From Lama guanicoe (Eukaryota): a DNA stretch of 64,000 nt. Positions 1-13,300 of the stretch are shown here, in pieces (the first letter of the stretch is position 1; each line of letters begins with the position of its first letter). Made by a program: the position numbers and the translations under genes. The DNA is taken from assembly GCA_013239625.1 (NCBI GenBank), contig MU054323.1, positions 16,496,029-16,560,028 on the forward strand, in the 5' to 3' direction. The notes under the pieces are model-generated. The model saw nothing but the letters and a program-made list of their open reading frames with translations, did not search any database and was not told where the DNA came from.

Positions 1-174
1 CTCCAAAGGACAAAAGAGATAGATGAGGAGCAGCTCCTATGATATGGAGGGAGGGAGTTTTGGGGCTTAGTCTGCTCAGCACTTAGGGCTCCCTACAAAC
101 GGCCATCAAAAAGCCAACCTGCAAGACAAAGGGTAGACACCTATGGACAGATGTGATCCAGTGCTGTTCGCATA

Positions 175-390
175 TCTTAAAGGTCCATCTGGCAACACAG
201 TGGGGAATGAAGAGACAGGAAGCAGGGAAACCCATCCGGGACCTATATTCACACAAGTGATGACAGGGCCCAAAGAAAGGAGGTCAGAGTGGGAATGAGC
301 TGGAGACAGTTCTAAGGTAGGATTGTTGGTCGTTGAATGTGGGAGGAAGGGAAGGGTACATTGAGGGTGATCCTGAAGTTTCCTTCCAGC
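175..390 (-). mobile_element. L2 LINE fragment, highly diverged
   Basis: Motifs 'gaagcagggaaacc', 'ggagacagttctaaggtaggattg' and 'gaatgtgggaggaagggaaggg...gatcctgaagtttcc' follow the order of the antisense L2 3' region. Confidence 0.6.
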
Positions 391-2289
391 AGTGGTGAGA
401 CGAGCAATAATATTTGAGCTCCCAGATCCATTTGACAAGAATATTTCTTCTAGATTTTAGAATGAGTGGTTTTATTCTAATAAAGGACTCTGCAGTCAAG
501 TTTGGAATGTGCTGGAGTCTCATGAAGAAAGGAAATGCCATGAATAGAGGATTTGCTTTTAAGATCTTGCCTGTTTTTGGATTTGGGTAGATGCAGAACA
601 GGAATGAACAGTTGTTTAAATGATCCCCTTGGGCCCTCTCTTTTGTTCCTCCTGTCTAATCGGTAGTAAGTGGGAGACACCACTCTAGTACTGTCAACCA
701 AATCTGAGCTACTACCTCTTTCTGCTCCAGATGTTTTTTGAGGAATACATAAAAGACGTAGATTATTGTTCTTAAAAAAAATCTGAGAAATTTCAAAATC
801 AGGCTTATTATGTGGAGGGCTTGTTGGCAGTTTGAGTTTTACAGCCTCCAAGATAAAGTATTTTGATGGAAAACATTTTCTTAATTTTCATCTGTAAACT
901 CCTGGAACTCACATTCACCAGGAAGGAAGAATGTCTTATTTCCGGAAATGAATGCTAAAACTACCCTTGTCTCCCACTTCTTGCACCTTCTGAGTTAGAC
1001 CAAGGAGAAAAGTAGCATAAAGCAGCTTTGTTTCTTCTTTGGAGGAAGCAATTCTATAATCATAAAGAGCATATTCTAGCACCAAATAATTAAGTACTTT
1101 CTGTTTGCCCTCTGCTAGTTGGCCAGAATGCACGCCAACACTGGGGTATCCTAGCGTGAACAAGAACGCTATTTTGGTCTGTTGTAAAGAACTGTGGAAA
1201 GCAGATTTTGGACTGTTTCATCACATCCGTCAGCAACCACAAAACAAATGTTATTTCGAAATGAAGACTATGGATGTAGAAATACTAAAAACTAAATAAA
1301 ATGAAGATCATAGAGTCATTTTTATAGTTTAATGAGTATGCTTACTACCAAAGTTTTGCCTTTTTTTTTTCAAACCGAATGTTTCTACACAGTGTTGGGT
1401 GTTTGCAAAGTTTGATGAGGGCCAGGTGCAGTGCAGGAATTGAAGAATTCCACTGCTGCTGTCTCCAAACACTGGTGGGAGAGGGGAGGACAGAACAGTC
1501 CATTATATGAGTAATACCAAACAACCTTTCTTAAAATGAAATAAAGACTCTGTTACCTAGAGAATTCAATAATTACAAGAAAATTAGATTCCTTCCTGGA
1601 GAATTTCTCTGGAGAATATGGTCATTTTCAAAAAAAAAACTATAAGTGCTTTTAACAGTGGCAACACAGTCCCCGGAGAAGGAGGGGCTTCATAAAGTGA
1701 CTAAAGTGGCCATCTGATGCTGCTCCTCTGACCCCACATACCCTGTGGTATATGTACACTTTATCTTTGTGTCTTCCTCTGGACTTTAAGTAGGAAATTT
1801 TGGTCAAGAATCTCTAGGGTTCTCTCCGTTAATGGAATTAAATGCTTGTAAGAGTCTATGATTTATAGTAGGCATTAAATGTTACCACCATTTCACAGAA
1901 CTATTAATTTCAATGAGTTAACAATTTTGCTTTCCTTAAATAAACAAATAGAAATGCTATAATGATGAAGAGTATTGGACTAAATTCCACTGGTGCTGGT
2001 ATATCCCCCCTACCTATTACCCTACTGCCTAAAATTTTATGATTAGAGATTCATTCCTTTAGATTAAACGTTATCCTCGCTCCTTTAACTTTTAGATTGC
2101 TTTCTGAGGAGATTCTCTGAGGAGAATCACATTAAATCCCGTAAGTGAACTAGTTTAATCCTTAAGACAATTAGAAAGTGTGAAAATACCAAGAGTTCAT
2201 GAGGATGGAGAGCAACAGCAGCATCTGTACCATGTGGTTAAAAGTGTAGATTGCTACTACTTTGCAAAACAGTTTGGGAATTTCTGCTT

Positions 2290-2367
2290 TTGACTTCTGA
2301 CCAAGATGGAGCAATAAGGGCTGAAATTACCTGCCTGCCTGAAGGAAAAAGAAAAGAGAGAGGGGGA

Positions 2368-2402
<35 letters not shown>

Positions 2403-2645
2403 CCTCAGTTAGATGAAATAATGTTTTTCAAAACACTGAATATCAGACAATGGACAGTGACCCCTAAGAAATGGGAAACAAACCTAGTGAACCTTACAGT
2501 GGTCCCATCAATTGCCCCAAAAGAGTTTCCAGGCCACAGCACAGGGAAGGGGACCCAGGAGGAGCCCAGTGGACTCCCTGAGTGGAGGAGACAGAGTTGA
2601 GAGTCTGGGGAGACTTAAGTTCATAGGGCTGAGTGCTGGAGAGCC
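2290..2645 (+). mobile_element. Old L1 (L1MC/MD-type) 5' end, preceded by a short L1 ORF2-end fragment (~2235-2285)
   Basis: Starts 'gacttctgaccaagatggagcaataagggctgaaattacc' and continues 'gagtttccaggccacagcacagggaaggggacccagg...ggactccctgagtggaggagacagagttgagagtctgggg', matching the recalled L1M 5' end. Confidence 0.75.
2341..2402. repeat. Purine-only tract containing a (GA)n microsatellite
   Basis: 62 consecutive purines ending in a long GA run, read directly. Confidence 0.95.
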
Positions 2646-3255
2646 CTGGAGTGACCAGGAAAGCTGTTTCTTGTGAACCCCCATGGGATACAGAGAAGTG
2701 AAAGCATCAACTACAGACACTCCTTGGTGTCCTGTCACCTCGGTGCCCTTGGCTCAGCCACCCACACTCAAGCTCTGGCTTTGGCACTGACGCTGCAATG
2801 ATGGGGACAAGAGCAGTGGGATCCTTGCTAAACAGGAGCAGCTGAGGTAGTGGCCTTAACAAACATCAGGGGACAGAACTGATGTTTTTCTTCCTCAGCA
2901 ATGATCAGAGTCACTGCCACAGCTAAGAGGGGAGCATGGCCGACAACATGGTAGCTGTAAGAACCAGTTTTCAGAGTTCAGGAGAGATATCCGGGGACAC
3001 CCAGAATTATTTTCAAGGAATTTGAGGAGGGCAGGCCAGAATTCTCCCAGAGCAGGCTGGGGCAGGGCCAGGGCAGCCCTGTTCCATGGCTTTATCATTG
3101 CCCTGTTCTTACATTCAAGCTGGAGCAGCCTGGGAAGTGTAAGACATATTCCTGAGGATTTCTATATTCTGCCCAGAAATTTATTTGAAGAGGTTATCAT
3201 TTTGATGATAACCTTAAAAAAAATCAAATCTCTACTTAATCATCTGGATGACCAC

Positions 3256-3609
3256 TGTCTTAGCTCAGGCTGCCATAACAAACTACCATAGACTGAGTGT
3301 CTTAAACAACAAAAGTTTATTTCTCACACATCTGGAGGCTGGGAAGTTCAAGGTCAAGGTGCTGGTCAATTCATTTCCTGGTGGGAACTCTTCTGCAGGC
3401 CTACAGGTAGCCCCGTCTCTGTGTCCTCACTTGGTAGAGAGAGAGCAGGCTCTGGTCTTTCCTTCTCTTCTTATAAGGACACTAATTCCATCATGAAGGC
3501 CGTACCCTCATCCTCTTAATGGCACCAGTTCCAACCAACACCATCAGATTAGGGGTTAGAGTTTAACTGTATGAATTTTGTGGAGAACACCAACATTTAG
3601 TCCATAATA
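3256..3609 (-). mobile_element. MLT1A-type MaLR solo LTR with 5-bp TSD ACCAC
   Basis: 'tgtcttagctcaggctgccataacaaactaccatagactg...ttataaggacactaattcc...tttagtccataata'. ACCAC lies at 3251-3255 and 3610-3614. Confidence 0.92.
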
Positions 3610-4189
3610 ACCACATAATAATGAAATGCTATTATTGCTACATTCAGTGCTGATTGCAGTTTTGTTTTCTGCTTATATTTGCATCACACAGAAGACAATG
3701 ACACAGCACACTGTTTAAAGGAAAGTTTTGTAATAGAAAGAAAAAGGGGTGGTCTGGGGGAATTGAGCTAGCACATGCCCGTGGTGATACAGGCTTGCTG
3801 AAGCAGCTCTGTGCAGAGTATTGTTTTCATGTAGGTAGTGAGCAGATACATTACCCAGACAGCCTCTTTGTTCACACCAGCCTGCAGTCAGTGAGAACAA
3901 AATGCACAATGGAAAATGTTCTGTTTCTGATTCGCACCATAGTTGTATTAGATTCCCATGAAATGCAAGTTTCAAAAATGCCACAAATAGAGCCTCAACT
4001 TTCAGCAGCATATAAGGCAGCTTTGTATGGTTATCAAGTAGCAGATCATCAAAATTGGCATTTGAAGATTGCTCATTGGCAGAATTTTTTAAAAAAATTA
4101 TTATTATTAAATTTGAGGTCTGCTTATCCTGAATGAGAAAACAAAGCTTTGGAATTTTGCAAAATTTTTTGAGTATACTTATCCTAATA

Positions 4190-4531
4190 AGTACTCTCTA
4201 CAAAAACCTGCCAAGGTCAAAATGTAGAACTGGAACTAAGCCTGTTATTTTCTGCTCTTAAACCATTTTGGCCTTTTAGTTTCACCAAAACACCATCATC
4301 AGTTACATTAAATTGCTATTGTTAATAAAAGTGTACTTTAGTAATTTTGTTTAGATTAACCTTGAAATTTGTTTTGGTTTTATGGCTAAAAACTATAAAG
4401 ATCAGGACTTTGCAAAAAGGTAACTGGTTTTATATTTTAAATACTACTACTACTACTAATAATAATAATACTGAGAATCTATAAGAATTCTTTCTTTATA
4501 AAGATCTGTTCCTTTAGTTTGAGAAACACTT
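4190..4531. mobile_element. Possible hAT-Charlie DNA transposon fragment
   Basis: AT-rich block ending in the Charlie-type TIR-like 'agtttgagaaacact'. The other end was not found. Confidence 0.35.
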
Positions 4532-5654
4532 GATTAGTAAAATGAACATCTTCTACTATGTATCCAGCTGGTTTTTCTGCTATTGTTCAGAGTGGAAATT
4601 ACTTCAACATAACTTAGATTTATTTCCAGACCTCCTAAAACTGTGGCTAAATGTCCTGTAATATCCAAACTCCCAAAGCCCAAGCCTCTTTCTCTCTCAG
4701 ATGGGTTATCCTTTCCCTCACTGGGTACCTTTCTTCTTGTAGGTTCTGGGCCCCAGGAGGCATGCTGACATGGCCCAGCATTGCCCGCAGCCCTCCCTGC
4801 ACAGCCACATGTGTTTTCAGAACACTAGCCGCCAACTCTGGCTCCTGTTGTGATCACTGGCCATTTTTCCAAATGCCCAAAGCATAGTTAAAACCAGTCT
4901 CTGGAGATTAACTGAAAGCCCAGGGATAATCCAAGAATAACAGAGGATAGTATAGTTAAAACCACAAGGAGTTGCTCTTGGGGCGCCCAGGCCAGTCCCT
5001 AACCTCTGAACTCTCATTCCCCAACCCCCAGCTCCCTGCCTTGTCCCCAGAAGCTCAGAGCGCCACCTCCCACCCCCACCTCCAGGCCTCTCCCCTGGTC
5101 TCCTGCTCCCTTTGCAGCCTAAATGACAGTGGAAACCTCCATTTTCTTCCCACCACCACCCAGAGAGTGATGCCTACCCTCCAAATTCTAGACTTTTCAG
5201 TCTTTACAACAATGCATGGGCTATTTCAACCACACAATTCCTGTCCATATTAAGGGACCAAAAATTTTCTCTAATTCTGTAAGGATACAGTCATCCTAAA
5301 AATACATTCCATTTCTATTACAAAACAGAACTTAACAGGATGGGTTGCAGCATCTATATCCGGGTTTATGATAACTTCACTTTTTTTCCAAGAAAAATAA
5401 AAGCACGTGTTTTTTATTTATGCAGCCAAAGAGTCCTTTCTGATCTTTTCCCTCCAAATACAGAAAGTCTGCTCCAAAAGCAGATTGACATCATATCTAA
5501 AATTCCTAAAGTAATGACAATAATAACTAATAGTAATAAGAATAATAGTAATAAATGAGGTGTCAGCTCTACTGGATATTACATTATACAAGGAAAAGTT
5601 TTTTTTTTTAAATGCAAAGATAGAATAAGATATTCAAAATCAATCTGTGTTCTG

Positions 5655-5876
5655 AGAGGCAATTTAATGTAGCAGCAGAACCTGTGAGGTCAGACTATTT
5701 GGGGTTTTGGGTTTGGGGTCCTGGCTCTACTACTTACTAAGCTAATGACCTGAGCTCAGTGTGTCCCTCGCATCATCTGTATAACAGGGATGACAGTATC
5801 TTCCACATAGTCTTGTAATGAAGATTTAAATGTACAAGTGCTTAAAATATTGCACAGCCTGTAGTAAGTACTCAGT
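5655..5876 (+). mobile_element. MIR SINE
   Basis: 'tcctggctctactacttactaagctaatgacc...catctgtataacagggatgacagta...gtagtaagtactcagt' is MIR core plus 3' end. Confidence 0.85.
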
Positions 5877-7179
5877 GGTGGTGATGATGGTTGGCATTTG
5901 GGTCCTCTGCAGGAGGTAAAATCCAGAAGGGGTCCCAATTTGTACTCCTTGTCAACATTATGGATAATGAACACTGTGAAGTGGACACTCCCCTCCATCC
6001 CAAATGTGGCCACGTCAGATAGAACCCAGCAAGGGACTCAGAAGAAGCTGTTGTTGAACCGATCAGCTTTTCCTGACCCTCACCCTTTTCTGTGGTTTTG
6101 GTCATGTGTTACCAGGAGCCCAGGTGGGTGTGGTTCTCTGTGGTTCTTTGTGTTGGATTCTCAGACTCAAGGCAAGAGATAGGGGGAGTTTGAAGAGGGG
6201 CACCAGGCTGGGGAGCTCCAGAGGGGCAGTAAGTGAAAGGACTGTCGGGCTAGGGCACCAGAGAGGAAGGTCTTCAGATCAAAAGGTGAGCAGCTGAAGA
6301 ACTTCTCTCTAAACTTCTAGAAACAAAGCACTCCTGCAATGGCTGCCCATGTAGGGTGGGCTGGCAGCCCAGGCTCTGAGGGCCTGGCCTTGGCTGCTTC
6401 TCCAGAAGGCTGTGAAGTTGCTGAACTTACTATCCATCTCTGTATAGACTCTTGGTACAAGGCAACGATGAGATTTCTGCACGTTGATCTCGGTTCTTTC
6501 TGCTTCCTCTTCTCACATTTACCAGTACCTCTAAAAATCTTTTTTGCTGTCAGGTCTCAGAAGCAGAAAGTGGACCCCCCAAATCAGAGCCCCTCTCTGG
6601 GCCCCCATTATGTCACAGCCCAGTGGACAGAAAAGATATTCATGATGGGTTCATGAATATGGCTATTCATTCAGCCAACAATATTTCATTAGGTTAGAAG
6701 TGATGAGCATCATAAGGGTTTCCAAAAGAGCAACCTTAAATAATCCTCAAGTATGTCACTATAGTAATAAATAAATATGAAAACAAAAATGGTCAAAAAT
6801 GCTTTGGGGTCTTGAAATAAAAGGTGATATCTGAGAAACACAAAGTCAAGTCTCAGAAATTGGAGCAAAGCACTGGGAACCCATCATCTGAAGTGGGTGA
6901 AAATGGGCTTGGACCTCCAAAAATAAGTAACTGTTCACAAACTCAGATCCACCATGTTTCCTACTGTGAAAATGTTTCTTGTCATCTTCTATTGGGATGT
7001 ATTGGGAAATGGCTGCCTCAGCCTTACTCCTTAACTTTTCTTATCTGTATGACAATCTTAGGGAGGAGAAGATGCTTCAGATCAAAGGCTGGGTTAGGCT
7101 GTTTGCCAGACAAACAACAATGATGAATTACCTAGAAAACTAAATGTCTGCTGAGCTCTCCAGGCAATGATGACACAGA

Positions 7180-7340
7180 CCCTGGGGTCTGACGGAATTA
7201 GCTTGCATCCTGGTTCTACTAGTATTTGCAGTGTGATCTTGGACAGCTCATTTTGCTTTACAAATCCTCAGTTTCCTCACCTGAAAAATGGGTATATAAA
7301 TTCCTACTTGGTTGAATTTCTGTGACTACTAAATAAGCTT
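7180..7340 (+). mobile_element. MIR SINE
   Basis: 'gtgtgatcttggacagctca...cctcagtttcctcacctgaaaaatggg' is the MIR core. Confidence 0.85.
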
Positions 7341-8116
7341 TTCATGCTCAGTTATACTGATTAAAAATGGATGGTTTATCAATGCAAATTCCCCTTCCTG
7401 AACCTCGTAGATCTGGGGCTGGAATTTCTTTTTGCCTCAGATTCCATAATAACACCAGAATCACTTGAGTTGTAAAAGCTGAAGACGTAGTTGTTACCTC
7501 CTATAATGTTGAGACCTGTTCTGTTTCGGCTACCTGACCTGAGGGGACAAGCAGCCTTTCCTTCTCCTGATAGGCTACCTCACCAGAAATGCCCACTCAC
7601 GCCTAATGCCATCTCCTCCCTTCCCCATGGTGTGCAGAGCTGGTGATAAGCAGGCCTTCAAAAATGGTTATTGAATAAATAAAAAGTGTTGGCCAAGTGT
7701 TAATTTATGTCCCAGGACCCTATCGAGAAGGCTCTGTAACACGGTCTGGTTTTACTTAATTACCCAGTTAATCACACTAGGGCACAAGTGTCATTTAAGC
7801 CTAATCAGGCTTAGAGGTTGCCATGTCTCATACATTCTCAGCTGAAGGTTCAGATGCCACCTTAATATGGCAGCACAAGAACGGTTTCAGCTGAGGTTTG
7901 CAGAAATGCTAATGGAGAAAGTCGAGTCAGGATGGTTGTCTTCTTTAAACTTTAGGCTTTGCCTCTCAGAGGCAGAAAAAATGGCCCTGCTCAGAACAAG
8001 GATAATCACATTCAATATATCCAGAGCTTCCTTACTACCTATCCCAGTGTTTCAGGGTTGTCACCATGCTTGATACTATCAAAGCTGTTTCATTTTTTAT
8101 TCAGTTACCTGCTGAT

Positions 8117-8185
8117 TTCATTCAACAGATAATTATTGGGCACCTTTTATGCACTAGGCACTGTGCTAAGTATTGCATGTATAGT
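8117..8185 (-). mobile_element. L2 3' terminus
   Basis: 'tcattcaacagataattattgggcaccttttatgcactaggcactgtgctaag' is the antisense L2 tail. Confidence 0.75.
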
Positions 8186-9884
8186 ACCCAATACTTAAAA
8201 AAAATCACTGTGAGGTCTTCCAACTCTTCAGTCTATATTTGATTGGCTTCGTTAGTCCATTTTCAGACTCCAAAAATTAATGGAGAACCATTACAAACCT
8301 CTTATCAAAACTTATCTCTTCTTATGAAGGCAAGGCAGCTCTTTTTCTTCCTGGCTGCTCTAAAATGAGAAAGCCTTTCTTGTATTAAGCCTGCATGTGT
8401 CTCTTGTCCTAGCTCCACCCCTCTGGGGCCAGAGAGATTAGGTTTAATCCCTCTCCATATGCTGTCCTTTCAAAGCTGTGAGGTCAGCTATCATAGCTCC
8501 CTGAAGCTTTGAGAAATGCTTCTCAAAGCCAACATTCCCAATTCCTTGTGCAGCACCACGCACGACATGTTCCCCTCCCCATCCTTGAAACGGGCTCCCA
8601 ATGCCCAATAATGGTGGACACAGAGAAAGCAATGGAGACCTGTCTGAAAACCAAGCATGAAGGCAATACTCTGAAAGTTCTGTTGACCACATGAAGGAGA
8701 ATGGGCACATGCAGAGTCTGACGATATCTAACATGTATCAGATACAGGATTTGGAACAAATGAATTAGCCGGATATTAACTGCAAGGAAATGGAATAAAA
8801 ATAGGAGCATTTAGACAGACCTTCAGGAAAGTTCCCAACCATGAGCCTGCTCTGTGCCAAGCCCCAAACATTTGGAAAATAGCTTTAGATGTGCAGCAAA
8901 TCCCAAACTCAAGCATTTGGGGATGGTTTGTGTTGTCTTAATTGTCCCTGTTTTCATTAGAATAACTTTACAAGACACTCATTTGCTGAATTTCTTCCAG
9001 AGGAAGTAGTTTCTGATTCTTCCTTATTTATTTATTTATTTTTGGTCTTTTCTTTCTCTATCTCTTCATTATTGGCCAGAGTTCTTCCTCTCGCTGAAGA
9101 ATGTTTTAATTCTCAGGAATGATGGGCATACTGAGGAGGTTGATTTCTATTCAGTCTGAAGTTTCTCTTTAAGAGGGAAAAAACCAACCATGCCTCCTCT
9201 TGAGTAAAGTAGCTGGCACTTGTGCTGCAAATGTATTAAACGTTTCCAGATTAGATTCCAGCAGAGTACAGTCTATCTTTGTGCAGGGGTAATGGGCTAC
9301 AGCTTCTAGACAGGCCTTTGCCTTCTGCCAGGGATTTCTCGTCTCGGTTCGGGTACAAGAGGCCCTATAACACACAGAGGACAAGGGCTTCAGCATCCCA
9401 GAGACACATGCTGGGGGGGCTGGCTGATATACCTGGGTCATCTAGTCTGCCCTGGGGACTATAATGAGGAGACTGTTCTGTGGCTAAATCTGGTAATACC
9501 TTCCAAGAACAATAAAGCAGTATATAAGATAAAAACATTTCAATTTGGCTAAGCCATCCTCTCAGGACATTTGGTGTGAGCATCCTGGTGGCAGAACACC
9601 AAGCCTGATGGTAGTGCTTCCGTGTGACACAATCACTAGGAAAATAGAAAAGTTCTGGCACTGAGGGATGCAGTTGGGAGATGGCTTGGCAGTCAGTGAC
9701 GGAAGATTGGTTTTTCCCTTTCACAAATGAAAGATTCTTTATAATCAGGAATGGGACAGGCCCAGACTTGCCAGCACTTAGGCATTTTGCTCATTCATAA
9801 AGAATTGGGATCTAACTAAATTAAAAAATATAGTGTCCCTACAGCCTACTCAGATTCACAGGCTAATTCAAGCAGTGGATGGTC

Positions 9885-10295
9885 TATCAGACACTGCTGA
9901 TTCTCTACCCAATAGGTTGTCTACCTAACCAGAGAACCCTGATTTTGTTAGGGGCTTCATCAACACCATTGTAAAGCTACATTTCCCAGCATCCCTTGCA
10001 ACAAGGGCTAGACTTGGGATAGAATTTTGGCCAGGGAGGTATAAGCAGAAATCTCTAGGGATTTCAGGGAAAGTTTTCCGTTTTTGGATAAGGGTCACTA
10101 TTTATTTCTTTCACGTTGCTTCCTTTTTCATCTTCCCGTTTTAAACATGGATATGGGGCTGGAAGTATAGTGTTAGTCTTGGGACCATGAGAATGAAAGT
10201 CACATACTAAGATGGCAAAGCAGGGAAATGGAAGGTGCCTGAGACTTGATGACATCATGGATCTGTAGCACCAGACCTGGACTGCATCCTTCTAT
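9885..10295 (+). mobile_element. LTR33-like ERVL LTR (3' part missing)
   Basis: 'cagacactgctgattctctacccaa...agaaccctgattttgttaggggc...ctacatttcccagcatcccttgca...gaccatgag...cttgatgacatcatgga' matches the recalled LTR33. Confidence 0.75.
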
Positions 10296-10344
10296 AAACC
10301 CCCACCCCCACCACATGCACGCGCACGCACACACATACACACAC

Positions 10345-11142
10345 ACTTGCCATCTCAGGAAGTGGAACCACCACACTCCCAAAAGCTTTGGGAGTCATCT
10401 TTGACTCTTCCCTTTCCCTTGCCGCCCCTCCCACTCTTCCATATTTAATCTATTATCAAGTCAGTCAACTCTACTAGCACAATATATCTCAAATTAATCT
10501 GCTTTTCAACTAAGCTGCCACCTCTGTAGTGGACTCATTATCCCCTAGAATATTACAAGAGTATCTTACTGGATCTCTCCACAATCTTCCATCATTGACT
10601 ATCTCCATGCAGCAGCAGAAGTGCTTCCTTAAAACCCAGCATCAGATTACACCACTCCTTATACCCCTACTCAAAACCCTTCACGGCTTTCCACTGCACT
10701 GAGCACGAAGTCAGAACAACTTACAATAGCCCCTGAGGCTCGCATGGCCTGGACACTGCCACCTCTCCAACCTCATCTCTCACTGTTCATCTCTCTTCCT
10801 TCAGTTGCTTAAAACCATCCATTCCCCACCCAGAATGTTCTTGCCTTCAGTTCAGCTCCATCTCTTCCTTCAGGTCTTAGCTTAAATGTCAAAAGGATTT
10901 TCCTGCTACCTCATCTACAAGGAATTCCCCAGCTGTGATCTCTAGCCTGGTTTAGACCTTCCACAATTTATGATTGAACTGGTTTTCTTACCTGTATTTA
11001 TTTGTTTTGAGACATTAAGCTCCACAAGGACAGGATCATGTCTTTCTAGTCATCTTTTATCCCCATTGTCTAGTCTATTGCCTAGAATGCAGTTAAAGCT
11101 CAGTAAGTATTTGTGGAATAAATGAATGAATGACTGAATGAA
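10345..11142 (+). mobile_element. L2 LINE, ~800-bp 3' portion with (AATG)n tail
   Basis: 'ttgggagtcatctttgactcttcc', 'ctcaaaacccttcacggctttcc' and 'taagctccacaaggacagg', ending 'gaataaatgaatgaatgactgaatgaat'. Confidence 0.92.
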
Positions 11143-11559
11143 TTTAATCTGGTATGATAGAGATGCGGCGCATATAATTTTTTATTTGGCAGAAATATAA
11201 TATGAAAACTTCTATGACAATGTTATTTCAAGCCACTATTTAACAATTATATATATATATAAACTTTGTTTAACTCATTTATTTTTACTTTCTCATTTTT
11301 CATTTGAAGCTTGATTATAAAAGAGAACATGATTTTAGCCATAAAAGCATATTAAAATAAATTGAAATTTAACTTTATGTCATCAGAAAACTTTCATGAC
11401 GTGTTTGGAATTTTTTTTCATATTATTCTTATAAAAACTAGTTTCTCTTAATAATTTTGCATTTCATTCTCAAATGGAAAGACCAGACAGACATTTTGAG
11501 GCTGGAATTTGTAAATCCTTTGCAAATGACATGTGGTTGTTGAGAATAGACTTACTCCT

Positions 11560-11775
11560 GGTTACGAGCTTGGTCTGTGAAATTACACAACCTGGGCTCA
11601 AATCCAGCTGTCATTTACTAGCTGTGTGTTGAGCAAATTGTGTGCCATCATGTGCTTAGTTTCCTCAGTTGTACAATCAGCAGATAGTAACATCCCTCAG
11701 AGAGTTTGCTGTGAGGTTTCAATGAGAAGATGTGTTGTAAACATCGTCAAAGTGCCCAGAAGTGTAAGCATTGCT
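11560..11775 (+). mobile_element. MIR SINE
   Basis: 'cctgggctcaaatccagctgtcatttactagctgtgtg...agtttcctcagttgtacaat...gtgaggtttcaatgaga'. Confidence 0.85.
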
Positions 11776-11788
11776 TATTTTATCTACT

Positions 11789-12180
11789 TGTATTAGTTTA
11801 CTAGGGCTGTCATATCAAAGTACCACAGACCGAGTGGCTTAAACAATAGAAAGTTTTTTCTCACAATCTTGAAACTAGCAGTACAAGATCGTGGAGTGGG
11901 CAAGAGTTGGTTTCTTCTGAAGCTTCTCTCCTTGGCTTAAAATGGTCATCTACCTGGTTCTTCGTACGGTTTTCCCTCTGTATCCATCTGTGCTTGACTT
12001 TGCTCTTCTTCTAAGGACATCAGTAGTCATATCGGGTTAGGGCCTACTCTAATCACCTCACTTTACTTTAATTACCTCTTTAAAGACCCTCTCTCCAAAT
12101 TTAGTCATATTCTAAGATATCTGGGGGTAAAACTTCAACATAAGTACTTGGGGGGTGGGGACACATTTCAGTCCATACCA
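11789..12180 (-). mobile_element. MLT1B-type MaLR solo LTR
   Basis: TG...CA termini: 'tgtattagtttactagggctgtcatatcaaagtaccacagaccgagtggcttaaacaa...gggacacatttcagtccatacca'. Confidence 0.92.
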
Positions 12181-12834
12181 ATATTAATATTATTCCTCCA
12201 AATAAGCCAAATCAGATATGGTGTCTATCGTTTCTTTTTTCCACATTGGTTTTTGAAGTACTACAGACTTCTTAATGAGAGTTTTGCAGAGATGAATACA
12301 ATGAACAAACCCAGTAAATAGCATCATGAGACAGATTTGCAGAATGAGTAGTTATGTTTATGTTCTTCACTAACTTATTTTTAACATAAGACTTCCTTAT
12401 GCTTCCTGTCTGTAGCCAACAATTTATTACGTATACTTACATAATGTGAGACTAAGAGTAAATACAACTGTAAACTGTGTATGATGGTCAAACCTACCCT
12501 GGAAGTAGATAGTGTGCTGAGCTGGGCACTGAATGAAAGTTAAGTCATAAACACCTTTCCTTGATGCCCACCAGCCACCCACTAGGCCCTGTCAACATTT
12601 ATGTGGACACTCTGACCCATTTCAATAAAAGGTAAAGTATTTTAAAAGTCATCTCATTGATTTTTAAAAAATAGAAATGAAAACGGATCCAGATCTGTCG
12701 TTAACGATGTAGACATCCAGAAACACCAACACCAATCTTTGAGTTTTCACTATCCATCCATTGAGAAATGCTAATCTAGACTAAAACTTCTCCTAGCAGC
12801 AGGAGAACTCTTTGCAACACATACTTGAAACTTG

Positions 12835-13030
12835 AGCAAGGACTGTGTATACTGGAATTCCTGGTCTCGAATCCTATCCTGCCATTTATTAGCTGTTTAA
12901 TGGTAAGCACATCATTTACCCTTTCAGAATCTCAATTTCCTCAGATGTAACATGAGGATAACAATATATATTTCTCTTCTCCTTCACAGAACTCTTACGA
13001 GGATCAAGGAGTATAGTGAAGCACATAAGA
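12835..13030 (+). mobile_element. MIR SINE
   Basis: 'gaatcctatcctgccatttattagctg...tctcaatttcctcagatgtaacatgaggataacaata'. Confidence 0.8.
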
Positions 13031-13074
13031 ACTATAATCAACCAACAAATCAATACAACAGCCAATATAGACAA

Positions 13075-13300
13075 ATAGTGATAGTAAACACTTACATGGT
13101 CCTTGCTTTTCTAGCAACCATACTGAGAATTTTATATGTGGTGGTTCATTTAATCTTCACAACAATCCTGTGAAGTAGGTATTGTTATTAGCATCCCATT
13201 TTACAAGTGAGGAATCCAAGGAAGGGAGAATTTAGGTAACTTAACTTATTTGTAGAGCTAATGAGTAGCAGAGGTAAGGCAGTAACTCAGGCATTCTAGG
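13075..13300 (-). mobile_element. MIR SINE, tail-to-tail with the previous copy
   Basis: 'tcatttaatcttcacaacaatcctgtgaagtagg...cccattttacaagtgaggaa'. Confidence 0.9.

Noticed and set aside
4725..4855. Strong-looking 3' splice site (ctttcttcttgtag|G) as a coding exon start
   Set aside because: No convincing downstream donor, and the translation resembles no protein I recognise.
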